This document shows positions 9,621 through 19,510 of a DNA stretch of 37,880 nt, piece after piece. Under the pieces are notes generated by a model. That model ran no database searches and was not told the origin of the DNA. It was given only the letters and a program-made list of their open reading frames with translations. Every line of letters starts with the position of its first letter. The stretch's first letter is position 1. This stretch comes from a virus (Duplodnaviria; Caudoviricetes): positions 1 through 37,880 of the IMG/VR virus record IMGVR_UViG_3300006879_000403. One strand, written 5' to 3'. The position numbers were made by a program, and so were the translations under genes.

Positions 9621-10415
9621 TCAGTTTACCGTCGCCGCACCCGCCGCGACACCGCACTCGTCGTACCCGACGACGTACGTTCTGAACGCTGTCGCCAGCA
9701 GATCGTTCCGCTTCCGATCCAGCGTGGCCGACACGTCCGACTCCACCGCACCTTGGTAGTAGATGACAGCGGGAGACATGTACGCCCAGAACTCGTTGTC
9801 CCCTGCGGGAGTCCCATCCGGTGCCTGATTCACATACCCGGCACCCACCGACACCGGTGTGCCGAGCTTCGTGAGCATTCGAGCACCCGAGGACGCGATC
9901 AGACCCTCCGACGCGAACACAGTCGCCGCACCAGGGGTCACATGCAGAACACCGAGGGAACCGTAGTTCGCGGCCAGCCAATCCTCTAGACGGGCCAGGA
10001 GAAGGGTGGGAGACACAGCTGACGTGGTGATGGTTTCAGCGTCCGCCTGTAGTGACGGGGTGTTGCCAGCCGAACCGGTCATGAGGACACGTTCGACTGC
10101 TTTCTCTTCACCGGCCACGAGCTTCGACTGCGCCATAGTCGTCGCAGACTGTTCAGTCCACGACACCGGCGAGCACTCAAACGGGGCATACACGGTGAAC
10201 GGTGACGCTTCACCCGCACCCAGACCGTCCGACTTCTCGAACTCCGGCACGTCCTCGCACACGGCACCAGTCACGAACGGTGATCCACAGCCCACGGACT
10301 GCCACTCGACACCATTCCGCCAGCGACGATCCTCAGTTCGCTCAGACGCGGCGGAGAACAGACCGTACGGCAGAGGCCGACGAGTCGGAGCTTCGACTTC
10401 AATTTCAGGACTCAT
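9621..10415 (-). CDS. Second capsid-fold protein (pentamer-type major capsid protein)
   Basis: PYGLFS...RW.NGV...PF.VY...C...E.AVE...T.LGTPV.VG.GY pattern; lies downstream of the main capsid gene as in actinophages with separate hexamer and pentamer proteins. Confidence 0.7.
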   Translation of the reverse strand: MSPEIEVEAPTRRPLPYGLFSAASERTEDRRWRNGVEWQSVGCGSPFVTGAVCEDVPEFEKSDGLGAGEASPFTVYAPFECSPVSWTEQSATTMAQSKLVAGEEKAVERVLMTGSAGNTPSLQADAETITTSAVSPTLLLARLEDWLAANYGSLGVLHVTPGAATVFASEGLIASSGARMLTKLGTPVSVGAGYVNQAPDGTPAGDNEFWAYMSPAVIYYQGAVESDVSATLDRKRNDLLATAFRTYVVGYDECGVAAGAATVN

Positions 10416-10438
10416 GCCTGATCCTTTCGTTCAATGGC

Positions 10439-10481
10439 TTCGGCCCGCACCCGCACCTGACTGGAACGGATACGGGCCGAA
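10439..10481 (-). terminator. Stem-loop between the head fibre gene and the pentamer gene
   Basis: Inverted repeat TTCGGCCCG...CGGGCCGAA. Confidence 0.4.
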
Positions 10482-10504
10482 ATACCGGGAGGAGACAGGA
10501 CTAC

Positions 10505-10828
10505 TTACGCCCCGCCTGCCGCATCTTCGAGAGCCTGCACACGAGCGGCCAGCTCATCGAGAGCCGACTGGTCAGCCTTACCCGACAGGGACGACGCATT
10601 CGCCTTCCCTGCCAGAGCCGAATCCAGCCCACTCACGGCTGACATCTCGTGAGTATGATCGGCAGTCGCCGCACCATCCGCCGCCGACTGAGCCGCTTCC
10701 GCCGCAGACTGAGCGGTAGTCGCCGCCGCGTCAGCACCAGCGATCCCGTCCTCAATGTGTCCGAGACGGGCCGCGCTCAGCGGAGTCGACGGGTCGTCGT
10801 TGTTCCATGTCTGCTTGTCGTAAGCCAT
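10505..10828 (-). CDS. Putative head fibre / decoration protein
   Basis: MAYDKQTWNNDDPSTPLSAARLGHIEDGI N-terminus, Ala-rich coiled coil and H-T-H fibre motif; RBS GAAGGAAG. Confidence 0.6.
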   Translation of the reverse strand: MAYDKQTWNNDDPSTPLSAARLGHIEDGIAGADAAATTAQSAAEAAQSAADGAATADHTHEMSAVSGLDSALAGKANASSLSGKADQSALDELAARVQALEDAAGGA

Positions 10829-10901
10829 GTTCACTCACTTCCTTCAGTGGTGCCGGTTGGGAGTTGATCGTCGCCAGGCAAGGTTCCCTCACCCGGCACC
10901 G

Positions 10902-12752
10902 TCATTCCCCCGAACCACCAGCCGCGACAGTTCCGTTGCAGGCAATGGCCTCACCGATGTTCGTCGAACCGTTCGGGCAGACCGGGATGGTGACGAACCG
11001 CGAATCATGTCCACGCTTCGCAACGAGGTAGCCCTCCTCAGTGAACAGAGCCGTGTAGTCGTTCTGACGGAGCGTCTGCGAATCGTAGACGGTATCGAGG
11101 GTGATCACGTCCTGAGCACCACGAACCCAGGTGCCAGCCGCGTACAGCAGAACAGGAACCTCAGTCGGGTACGCCAGCAGATCAGTCGACTCACCGGACA
11201 GGTCGTGGAAGTTGTACACGAACTGCGGGTTCAGACCCAGATTGGAGAACCAGGTCGTGATCTGAGCATCCGACACGGCGAGCATGTCGACACCCTGACG
11301 GCGAGCGAGGTCCGTACGAACGAGACCCTTCACCCACGACGGGAACACGGCTTCGAGAGACGCGTTCACCGACATGCGGGACACGGTGCGGTAGTGCTGA
11401 GCCTGAAGTTCCAGAGCGGTCAGCAGGGGAGCGGTAGCACCGGCCACGTCGGACGGCATGACCACGGGGTCCGAGTTGTCCTCGATGTACTTCAGGAGCT
11501 TGCCGGAGGTCTGGTGATCGTGAGCGACCAGGGTGCCACGAATCGTCCGAGCAATGTGCTCCGGGTATCCACGCTGAGCGAGGAGACCAGCCGACAGGCA
11601 CAGACCGGTGAGACGCAGACGCTCTTCCTGGAAGTCCGGGCAGTCGATCTTGAAGCACGGCTTGTCCGACTCAGCACTGGTTCCCTGGTAGTCGCCAGCG
11701 ATATCATCATCTTCGGACACGTCCCAGGTGGCCTTCGACAGATTGGCGAACAGGTCCGTGAAGTCGGCACCGTTCGTGAAGCGGATGCCACCACGAGCCA
11801 CGTTGATCTCCGGGAGAGAGAACAGACCCTCACGGGTCTCGGTCTCCATGAAGTCGTAGATCGTTTCGGATGGGGCGCACCAGCCACCGGAAGCGACGAG
11901 CGAACCACCGGGGAGACGGGACTCGTCGACGGCGAACTTCATGGCCTCTTCGACCGCGTTCGGGGAGTCTTCGTTGACGGTCGCTTCCGACGCATAGTTA
12001 CGCCGCACCGTGGCAACGCTCATCTGCTGACGGATATGACGACCGGCACGACGGGCCGCGTCGAACGAGGACTGGTTGAACGACTTCAGACGGTTATCGA
12101 CGATATCCGCCGCGTCGATCCAGTTCAGACCCGATCCCGGTTCACGTCCGGGCACGTTGGCAGACGCGACCAGCACGTCCTCGATCTTCATTTCAGTAGG
12201 CTCCTCGCGCTGAGGTGGACGCTGACGGGACTTGATGCCGGCCAGGTTCACCCGGCGAGCCTTCGGGGTAGCGGACGCGGTGACAGACTCACCGTTGTCC
12301 TTCTCGGAAGCCAGCTCTTCGTCGTCTTCCGACGCGGCGGTCTCCTCTTCTGTTTCGTCTTCGGTGTTCTCAGACTCGACGGTGGTGATATCCACGTCAC
12401 CGGCATCGTCTTCCGACACGGTTTCACCGTTGACACGGACAGCGAAGTCCTTCGCCTTCTGAGCGCGTTCCTGAGCCGCCGCCTCACGAGCTTCCTGCTC
12501 TCCACGCAGAGTCTCGATGACGCTGGTGAGCCCTTCGAGAGCTTCCAGCTCCGAATCGGAGAACTCGGCTTCACCATCGGCGTACAGGTTCGAGAACGCT
12601 TCAGTGGCCTGATCGTGAAGCTCGGATACTTCAGTGTCTGAGAGCGTCGACAGGTCTTCGGGGATTTCGAGAACAGTGTCCTGATTCTCGTTCTGATCCT
12701 CGAACTGGCCGAGACGCTTCATCGAGCGGACGGAGTTCTTACGAGCGAACAT
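10902..12752 (-). CDS. Major capsid (hexamer) protein with acidic N-terminal scaffold-like region
   Basis: RBS AGGAAGG before the ATG at 12752 (MFARKN...), 616 aa. SLVASGGWCAPSE...LPE...RGGI...KPC..I.CP...YTALFTEEG motifs. Confidence 0.9.
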   Translation of the reverse strand: MFARKNSVRSMKRLGQFEDQNENQDTVLEIPEDLSTLSDTEVSELHDQATEAFSNLYADGEAEFSDSELEALEGLTSVIETLRGEQEAREAAAQERAQKAKDFAVRVNGETVSEDDAGDVDITTVESENTEDETEEETAASEDDEELASEKDNGESVTASATPKARRVNLAGIKSRQRPPQREEPTEMKIEDVLVASANVPGREPGSGLNWIDAADIVDNRLKSFNQSSFDAARRAGRHIRQQMSVATVRRNYASEATVNEDSPNAVEEAMKFAVDESRLPGGSLVASGGWCAPSETIYDFMETETREGLFSLPEINVARGGIRFTNGADFTDLFANLSKATWDVSEDDDIAGDYQGTSAESDKPCFKIDCPDFQEERLRLTGLCLSAGLLAQRGYPEHIARTIRGTLVAHDHQTSGKLLKYIEDNSDPVVMPSDVAGATAPLLTALELQAQHYRTVSRMSVNASLEAVFPSWVKGLVRTDLARRQGVDMLAVSDAQITTWFSNLGLNPQFVYNFHDLSGESTDLLAYPTEVPVLLYAAGTWVRGAQDVITLDTVYDSQTLRQNDYTALFTEEGYLVAKRGHDSRFVTIPVCPNGSTNIGEAIACNGTVAAGGSGE

Positions 12753-12847
12753 TGTCAGCAACCTTCCTATTTGAGTCATTGCTTCCATGTTCGGCCCTAC
12801 TCGCCAGCAACGATGACACAATAACGATATCACGCACGACGTTTATA

Positions 12848-13003
12848 CTAGTCGCGCACTTTACTGATACGACCCTGACCATTCTTGGCCTGCAGGTCTT
12901 CCTGAGCTTCCCGCAACGAACCGAACGTTGTTGACCCACCGCCGCTGTAGTTGACGACGTATTTCACGGTTCGCTTCTTGCCCTTATTGCAACCGCACCC
13001 CAT
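12848..13003 (-). CDS. Small basic MGCGC-motif protein (51 aa)
   Basis: Below the ORF-track cutoff. MGCGCNKGKKRTVKYVVNYSGGG...; RBS GAAGGAAG; fills the gap between protease and capsid genes. Confidence 0.75.
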   Translation of the reverse strand: MGCGCNKGKKRTVKYVVNYSGGGSTTFGSLREAQEDLQAKNGQGRISKVRD

Positions 13004-13004
13004 G

Positions 13005-14414
13005 TTACTTCCTTCCCTTCGACGGGATAAGAATGCGCTTCACCTTCGACGTGGACGCACCATCATTCAGCTGGGAGGCCAGTCGGCGCACCCGCTCCAA
13101 CGAACGCTCCCGAGCACGACCCTCTTCCACCTTCCGGTAGTCAGCGGCCATTCGGGACAGAGTTGCCAGATCATCCGACGACAGATTCGACTCCGGTGCC
13201 GTGCCCTTGTCCTCCGGCATAAGCATTCCGGATGCCACCAACGACTCGACCTCAAACCCGGACGCGGCGAGAGCGGCAGGACGTGGAATCGGGAAACCGG
13301 GCATGTTCACGGCGAGCGCGGCCATAAGTTCCAAGCCACCCTTCACCTTCCGCCAGTCACCCGACAGCGGGGAGGCACGCAACGCTCGAACCTGCTCATC
13401 GGTGACACCGGGGCGAATCGCACCAGCCAACCAGATACCAAACACGTCTTCACCAGCGGCCACGTCTGCGACAGCTGATCCAGTGTTCTCGTAGTGGGAG
13501 ACGGTGCCAGCCGCCGACAGAGTACGGCCAGCGTGTGCCGTGTCCATCGTGATCCGACCGGTCGACACTTCGCCCTGATCGGTGAGGACCGACCCGGTGC
13601 GGAAGTAGGCGTACGCCGACTGAGACTGAGGAGGAGTGAGGCATTCGTTCGCAAACGCCGTGTGACACGTCCCCCACGCCGCGAGATGACCATACACGCG
13701 ACCATCATCGGTGACGTGGAGGGCAGTAGGTTCAGTCAGACCCGGATCACTGAACCACTCACGCGGCGGCTGGGCAGGACGTGCCGACGCAATCAGCGAC
13801 GCTTCCTGAGACTTCGGCGCATCCTCATCTGTGTCAGGTGTGCTGTGCAGGTTGTCGAGGTCCACGTCCACATTGTCGCCACCGGCAATCGTGGCACCAG
13901 CGAACGCTGGGATAGCGACGAGAGTAGCGGCCCGAATCCGGGCGGAGGTCATGACGGATAGTTCATCGTCCGGGTTGATGCGGATGACCGTCACCATCCC
14001 ATCCTCGTCTTCCTCCGCCTCCGGGTCTTCCACCTCGACCGGCTCCTCCGCCATGTCGTCGAGGACTTCCTTCGCCACACGGATTTCCATTGCCACACTG
14101 TCCAAGTCGACGGACACACCGGTCGTCACTTCGTCCCGGACGAGTCGAGCCGCTTCGACACCCGCTTCGGAGCCGAGGTCGAACGTGCCTTCAGCGTAGA
14201 TCGCACCATCGTCCTGACGTTCGATCTTCGTGAACCGTCCCACCGAGGAAGCACCATCGTGGGCACCAACGTCCTTCGCAACATGGCGGAGAGCAGTCGG
14301 ATTCTCGAGTTCCCAGAACAGGGAGCCTGGTTCGAGGAGTCGCCCGTCACCGGTTGGCTGGTCCTCATATGCAATGATTCCCGACCACGTGGACGGGAGT
14401 GAAACGACGTTCAT
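13005..14414 (-). CDS. Capsid maturation protease
   Basis: TGDGR, HDGA, GVSVDLD, ATLVAIPAF, GRVYGHLA.W..CH and SGDWR motifs; upstream of the capsid gene. Confidence 0.8.
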   Translation of the reverse strand: MNVVSLPSTWSGIIAYEDQPTGDGRLLEPGSLFWELENPTALRHVAKDVGAHDGASSVGRFTKIERQDDGAIYAEGTFDLGSEAGVEAARLVRDEVTTGVSVDLDSVAMEIRVAKEVLDDMAEEPVEVEDPEAEEDEDGMVTVIRINPDDELSVMTSARIRAATLVAIPAFAGATIAGGDNVDVDLDNLHSTPDTDEDAPKSQEASLIASARPAQPPREWFSDPGLTEPTALHVTDDGRVYGHLAAWGTCHTAFANECLTPPQSQSAYAYFRTGSVLTDQGEVSTGRITMDTAHAGRTLSAAGTVSHYENTGSAVADVAAGEDVFGIWLAGAIRPGVTDEQVRALRASPLSGDWRKVKGGLELMAALAVNMPGFPIPRPAALAASGFEVESLVASGMLMPEDKGTAPESNLSSDDLATLSRMAADYRKVEEGRARERSLERVRRLASQLNDGASTSKVKRILIPSKGRK

Positions 14415-14466
14415 GTCTGACCTTCCTCAGTTTCGGTGTTCACTTACAGGATACTGGTTGCCCTGC

Positions 14467-15189
14467 TCACCCGGTCAGGTTCAGCCAGTCGTTGAGTGCC
14501 GTCTCATCCGACACGTACGTCCCGTGCTCGTTGCATCCCAACTGGATACACCGGCAGTTCACGGTTTCCCCTATCGGCCCGTTCGGATCACACGGGAACA
14601 TGAGCAACGCACCACCGACCGTGAACGGTTCCGACGATATCTGAATCTGCCCATCGGCGGCACGGTGCGTGTCCCGCACGCGGTCATCGTGCAGAGACAG
14701 CCACTTCTTGTACGGGACTCGGTTCTGTGCGAACCGTCGCTGTTGAACGATCCCATAGACGGCGGTTCCCAACGTGGTGACGAGTGAGGCGGTCACTGGG
14801 TCCGGGTTCAGAATCGGGGACAGCTTCTCGAACAGCTTGTCCCGAGACCATCGTGCGGCGGCACCCTGCTCCAACACGTCGACGGTGCGGCTGTACACGT
14901 CCGACGGCAACACCAGGTTGTCGATCATGTTGTAGAGGGGGTCCATGTCTCGCGCTGTGTGACGGAACGCCTTCCGCACGCTTGTCTTTAGCTTGTCCAC
15001 GACCTTCGCCCACCGGCGAGTGACAGCTGACAGCGAGAACGGGGCGAATCCCGCCGCGATCATCACGTCCGAGCTGTAAGCGGCCAGAGCATCAGACTGA
15101 ACCTCGACCATGAACTTCTGAATCGCGGGGTACACCTTGTCGTGGAAGAACTGCTCCACCATGTCCCGTTCAGTGGTGTGCTTCGGCAT
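14467..15189 (-). CDS. MuF-like minor head protein
   Basis: KKW....D.RVR.TH..ADGQ...PF.VGG..L.FP.DP..P..ETVNCRC signature. Confidence 0.85.
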   Translation of the reverse strand: MPKHTTERDMVEQFFHDKVYPAIQKFMVEVQSDALAAYSSDVMIAAGFAPFSLSAVTRRWAKVVDKLKTSVRKAFRHTARDMDPLYNMIDNLVLPSDVYSRTVDVLEQGAAARWSRDKLFEKLSPILNPDPVTASLVTTLGTAVYGIVQQRRFAQNRVPYKKWLSLHDDRVRDTHRAADGQIQISSEPFTVGGALLMFPCDPNGPIGETVNCRCIQLGCNEHGTYVSDETALNDWLNLTG

Positions 15190-15634
15190 GACCCGCCTCC
15201 ACGGGGAACTTGATCATCAGCTTACGTTCGAGTTCGGTGCGCAGTGCCTCCACTGTGTGTTTCTGACCGGCCCGGAGGAGGGACCGAACGTACTGGTCGA
15301 GTATGTGGGTGACGTTCACGGGAGTCGTCCCGCAGGCACCGTGAGCTGACAGGAGGGCAGGCACCACGTCCCACGCCCCGTTCAGTGCTTTCTGCACCGT
15401 CGCGTCGTCCGGCAACCACAACGTGTGAGCTTCGTGCCACGGTCGGGTGCCGAGGAGTTTGAACCGGCGACGTTCAGCCCGGACGATCCTCTTCCCCACC
15501 ACTTCGAGCGACCGGTACACTAGCACGTCGGACACGGCCAGCAGTGCGGACCGTTCCGCCAGCATGAGACCGGTCAACGTGCCACACATCGGGCACGGTG
15601 CGACCAGCTGTTCTTCATCGGTCATGGTTGTCAT
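15170..15634 (-). CDS. Hypothetical protein in the head module
   Basis: ATGA overlap with the portal stop; N-terminal CPMC motif. Confidence 0.65.
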   Translation of the reverse strand: MTTMTDEEQLVAPCPMCGTLTGLMLAERSALLAVSDVLVYRSLEVVGKRIVRAERRRFKLLGTRPWHEAHTLWLPDDATVQKALNGAWDVVPALLSAHGACGTTPVNVTHILDQYVRSLLRAGQKHTVEALRTELERKLMIKFPVEAGHAEAHH

Positions 15635-17349
15635 GAGTTCGGTGCCTCCCCACCATCGACGACGTTCGGTCCCTGCCCCGGACCCGAGCCGCCGTCTTCC
15701 ACGTTGCTGTCTCCACTGTCCCCACCGTTATCCACAGGGGTTGTGGATACTTGTCCGCCCGTGACGGAACGTATCTGCTCGACCAGCGCGGGGAGGCCAG
15801 GGTCTTGCAACAGCGACGGCGACTGACCCACCATGTCGAGGGCCATACGGACCGCCTCGTCCACCTTGTCCGACTCCTTCGCCGGAGCATCTGCGTCATC
15901 GAACCCGGTCGCTTCACGAACCGCGTGATCACTGATCGCCCCCGAGTCGTACAGTTTCATGGCCGAATCGGATCGGTTCGGACGCACCACCATATGCGAC
16001 ACGTCGTACCAGATCACGTACGATTCCCGCTCCACCTCGTCCATGTCCATCGTCTGATCAATGACCGGCCACAGGTACTGAGTCGTCAGGGCATCCGCGA
16101 TCAACGCGAGCACTGGTTCAATGTGAGTCGTCACCACGTCTTCCCGCACCAACCAGGCACCCCAATGGTTCATGCCCCCGGACCCCAACAGCAGTTCCGG
16201 AGGAGCATCCTGGCCGAGCGCGAGACGGCGGATCGCTTCATCACGGAGTTCCTTGCCAGCTGAATCCAGCTGGTTTGCGAACGAGATGTGCTGGAACTTA
16301 TCCACAGAGTCGTCGGCGGCTGAGATGACCAACGGCACCAGCGCGGAGGCTGAAGACCGGTCAGCGATCGCTGTGGTCATAGCGTCGATCATGGCATCCG
16401 TGAACGGGTCCGACTGATCGTCCGCGTCCAACCCCTGAGCTTCCTTGAATGCACGCTTCGCTGACTCTGGGATCACCAGCACACCGGCACCCGCCAGACG
16501 GGAATCAATCTGCGCGGAGATGTGCATCGTCAGACCGACCAGCTCCCGGAGGACCGGCAGGACTGACCGTGTGGGGGAGTCAGCTTCTGAGGAGCGGCGG
16601 GGGTGAGGTCGCCACACCCGGACTAGGAACAGTTCGTTCGCGTCGAACTCGATCTTCTCCGTCGCCGCTTCGTCAATGGGGACGGTGATCGTGTCATCGG
16701 TCGTGTTCGCTGTCACTTCGTCGTTTGACAGGAACCGCCACACAATCGAGTCCAGGTCGACACCCTCATACTCGGTGTCATGATCAACGGACACACCGAA
16801 CGGCGTGATGCCGAAACGCCGGGTCGGGTCGGCTTCCTCTGCGTGCTTCCGGTCAATCACGTCCTGCGGGATACCAACCAACCATCCCTCACCGGCAATG
16901 AACAGATTCACTGCCATACGGTGCAACATCTGCACCCGACCGGACATGTTGTCACCGAACGCGTCGAGGATCGCCCGAACGTTATTCGTGTCCGACTTCT
17001 CGTCGAGTTCGATCAGATCACCATGCTCGTCGTACTTCCCCACGAACAGTCGCGCCTGAGATACCCGGCCAGCCAACGTCGTCGCCAGGAATCGTTGCTC
17101 ACCCACCTGGTCATACATGTCCCACGCTTCGTCCTGCCACTCTTCCGGGACTGCAGTACGTCGTGGGCTGACGTGCTTCTTCGTGAGTCGAGTCGCGGCG
17201 GCAGATAGGGAACCATTCGACGCGAGCGGCACCTGGTGCCCCTCCACGGTCTGTGGGTTCTTGTTCTTGTCTCTCACCATGTACGAAAACTGAGGCATCC
17301 CAACCGTGGAGAGGCTGATCCCTAGATTCGTCGGTTCGTCCTTCTTCAT
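15631..17349 (-). CDS. Portal protein
   Basis: WQ.EAW.MYD.VGE, RVWRPHP...DSP, SRLAGAG.L..P, RRLALGQD.PPE.L.G...NHW.AW motifs; between terL and MuF. Start uncertain (17349 chosen). Confidence 0.9.
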   Translation of the reverse strand: MKKDEPTNLGISLSTVGMPQFSYMVRDKNKNPQTVEGHQVPLASNGSLSAAATRLTKKHVSPRRTAVPEEWQDEAWDMYDQVGEQRFLATTLAGRVSQARLFVGKYDEHGDLIELDEKSDTNNVRAILDAFGDNMSGRVQMLHRMAVNLFIAGEGWLVGIPQDVIDRKHAEEADPTRRFGITPFGVSVDHDTEYEGVDLDSIVWRFLSNDEVTANTTDDTITVPIDEAATEKIEFDANELFLVRVWRPHPRRSSEADSPTRSVLPVLRELVGLTMHISAQIDSRLAGAGVLVIPESAKRAFKEAQGLDADDQSDPFTDAMIDAMTTAIADRSSASALVPLVISAADDSVDKFQHISFANQLDSAGKELRDEAIRRLALGQDAPPELLLGSGGMNHWGAWLVREDVVTTHIEPVLALIADALTTQYLWPVIDQTMDMDEVERESYVIWYDVSHMVVRPNRSDSAMKLYDSGAISDHAVREATGFDDADAPAKESDKVDEAVRMALDMVGQSPSLLQDPGLPALVEQIRSVTGGQVSTTPVDNGGDSGDSNVEDGGSGPGQGPNVVDGGEAPNS

Positions 17350-17400
17350 GTCATCCCCCCGGACGTTTCGGTTTCCCCGTCCATGATAGCGGGGCAGAGA

Positions 17401-17442
17401 ACAGCCCCGACTGAGCAACCGTCGTTACCCTGCCGGGGCTGT
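17401..17442 (-). terminator. Stem-loop upstream of the portal gene
   Basis: Inverted repeat ACAGCCCC/GGGGCTGT followed by TCTCT on the minus strand. Confidence 0.35.
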
Positions 17443-17507
17443 CCGTTCCAGCACCATCCTAAGTGCGGCCAATGAGTCAGCTGGTCATGCTGAGTACTGC
17501 CACCCTA

Positions 17508-17927
17508 TCAGTCGTCTTCGCCGTCCGACGTGTCTCCGAAGTGCATTTCGATCCCCGACATGGGCAAACCAGAGAACTTGATCGTGTCATCGTCTTCGTC
17601 GTCGGAGTCGAGGCGGGATGACACGTGACCCACCACGTACGATGCCGCCCACACACCGGCCCCGAACTGCCACGCCCGATTCCAGCGGAGGACAGCACCG
17701 GACCCCATGACGAGAGCTGTAGCCCAGAAGCTCACACAGTACGGACAGCTGAGTCCGTCCACGTACTTGTCCCACCGGGGGTCGAACCGGGCCGCGAACT
17801 CACGGGCGGGTTCTTGAATCCACCATTGCCCCAGATCGTCCGTCACTACGAACCGAGTCACCCGAGCGGCGGCGGTCACAGCTATCGCCGCCCCAGCTGT
17901 CTTCTTCACCATGTCTGAGATGTTCAT
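17508..17927 (-). CDS. Membrane protein (DUF1360-like)
   Basis: R.TR.V..D and L.CPYC.SFW motifs, hydrophobic segments; ATGA overlap with terL. Confidence 0.65.
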   Translation of the reverse strand: MNISDMVKKTAGAAIAVTAAARVTRFVVTDDLGQWWIQEPAREFAARFDPRWDKYVDGLSCPYCVSFWATALVMGSGAVLRWNRAWQFGAGVWAASYVVGHVSSRLDSDDEDDDTIKFSGLPMSGIEMHFGDTSDGEDD

Positions 17928-19510
17928 CGTGCCACCCTTCTGCTGTTCACCGACCCGCGCTTCGGGACGGTTATGTTTCTCTGACCCGGACCGGGAGTCC
18001 GACCGGGCACCGTGATGGATGCTTCACCGGAGCCGCGAGCATAGTTCAGGGCTTGCGTGAGCGCGTCCACCTGGTCATCGTTGGTGCTGTTCGGGAATGC
18101 TCTCATTTCCGCTACGAGGTCCGTCACCCATTCGTAGCCCACCATTTCCGGGTGCGGCAGGTACACGAACCCGCCCTCGATTTCGGGCGTGACGGCGCGC
18201 GCACGGGACTCCTTGGAGGAACGGGGGCTGATCGGTTTGATACCGTCCATTTCCTGCCGGAGAGTGTCTATGATCGCGGGACCATTCGCCGCGTCCTCGA
18301 CCAGTTTCTCGTACACCCATTTCGAGCCGAGCCGGTTCGGGTCATTCCAGTCCCGCATGACTTGCAGGGTTTCCGTGAACGACCGGCGACCCCGAGACTG
18401 GTCGATCAGGAACCGTTTCTTCCCCTGCATGGCCCACCGTTGCCCAACAACGAAGTCGGAGCTGTCAGTGCCCTTGAACGTGGCATCCCACGAATCCACC
18501 CACCGGGCACCACTGAGGTCCGCAGGCCGGAGGAACACCACCGAGTCATCCCCGTCCCGGAGGTGGTTCCCGTTCGTGGTCCAGTACCGGAACGAATCGA
18601 CTTTGAAGATCGACCCCGTTGCCGGTTGCGGCTTCTGCATGTACAGGCCAGCCCACGCATACTCACCCACCGAGGAGCGGATGCCAGTCCACCGGTCCAC
18701 GGCTTCATCTTCGGTCTCGTCGATGATGGGGGAGAGGAGCGGTTCGCCCGGTTCCCGCCCGAGCACGTCGGTCTCCTCCGCAATGGCGGGGAAGCTGATC
18801 GTCTCGAACTCGTCTGGATCGCCCTCATAGGAGGAGGAGAGAAGCCGCCCAATGAAGTCGTCTTCGTGCCAACGCGTACCGACCACCACGACGAGCGACG
18901 GCGGTTCGAGTCGGGTGTACGCGTTCGCTTTCCACCAGTCCCAGATTGCTTCACGGCTGGTCTTCGAGTGAGCGTCCGCGAAGTCTTTCACCACATCGTC
19001 GATGATCAGAACGTTGAAGCCTTTACCGGTGACGGACTGGCCGGGTGCGGACCGGGAGAGCACAGACCCATGTTCCGTGGTCTCCCAATCCATGACCGCA
19101 CCAGCATCAGGGGCGATTGATATGCCGAGCCGGTGGCCGTGTTCCTCCACTTCCCGGCGAATCTGCCGACCCCAACCAGCGGCGAGCGTCGGGGAGTGAG
19201 AGATGAGACCAATCTTCCACGACGGATGCTTCGACAGAATCCACAACGGCAGATACACGGACACCATCTGCGACTTACCCTCACGGGGAGGCATGGACAC
19301 AGTGAGCTTCCGCGACACCCCACGCTCCACGTCCTTCATGGCGGTCGCCAACCGGGACGACAGATAGTCCAGGTGCGGACGGGACGTGTAAGCCGAGTCC
19401 ACGGTCTGAGCGAACTTGATCAACGACCGCGACGCATGAAGCCGCGTATCGTCCTCAAACTGCGCGGCCACATACTCAGCCCACGGCACGTCCACCATCG
19501 TCATGCTCAT
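17924..19510 (-). CDS. terL: Terminase large subunit
   Basis: Walker A-like MPPREGKS, Walker B LIIDD, GTRWHEDD, and nuclease motifs DSWD and DDQVDA. Confidence 0.95.
   Translation of the reverse strand: MSMTMVDVPWAEYVAAQFEDDTRLHASRSLIKFAQTVDSAYTSRPHLDYLSSRLATAMKDVERGVSRKLTVSMPPREGKSQMVSVYLPLWILSKHPSWKIGLISHSPTLAAGWGRQIRREVEEHGHRLGISIAPDAGAVMDWETTEHGSVLSRSAPGQSVTGKGFNVLIIDDVVKDFADAHSKTSREAIWDWWKANAYTRLEPPSLVVVVGTRWHEDDFIGRLLSSSYEGDPDEFETISFPAIAEETDVLGREPGEPLLSPIIDETEDEAVDRWTGIRSSVGEYAWAGLYMQKPQPATGSIFKVDSFRYWTTNGNHLRDGDDSVVFLRPADLSGARWVDSWDATFKGTDSSDFVVGQRWAMQGKKRFLIDQSRGRRSFTETLQVMRDWNDPNRLGSKWVYEKLVEDAANGPAIIDTLRQEMDGIKPISPRSSKESRARAVTPEIEGGFVYLPHPEMVGYEWVTDLVAEMRAFPNSTNDDQVDALTQALNYARGSGEASITVPGRTPGPGQRNITVPKRGSVNSRRVAR

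Noticed and set aside
12753-12833. Longest-ORF starts in the track (capsid 12833, chaperone 7016, portal 17418, and many early genes)
   Set aside because: Downstream ATGs have clear RBSs or stop/start overlaps, while the extensions run through promoters or upstream genes.
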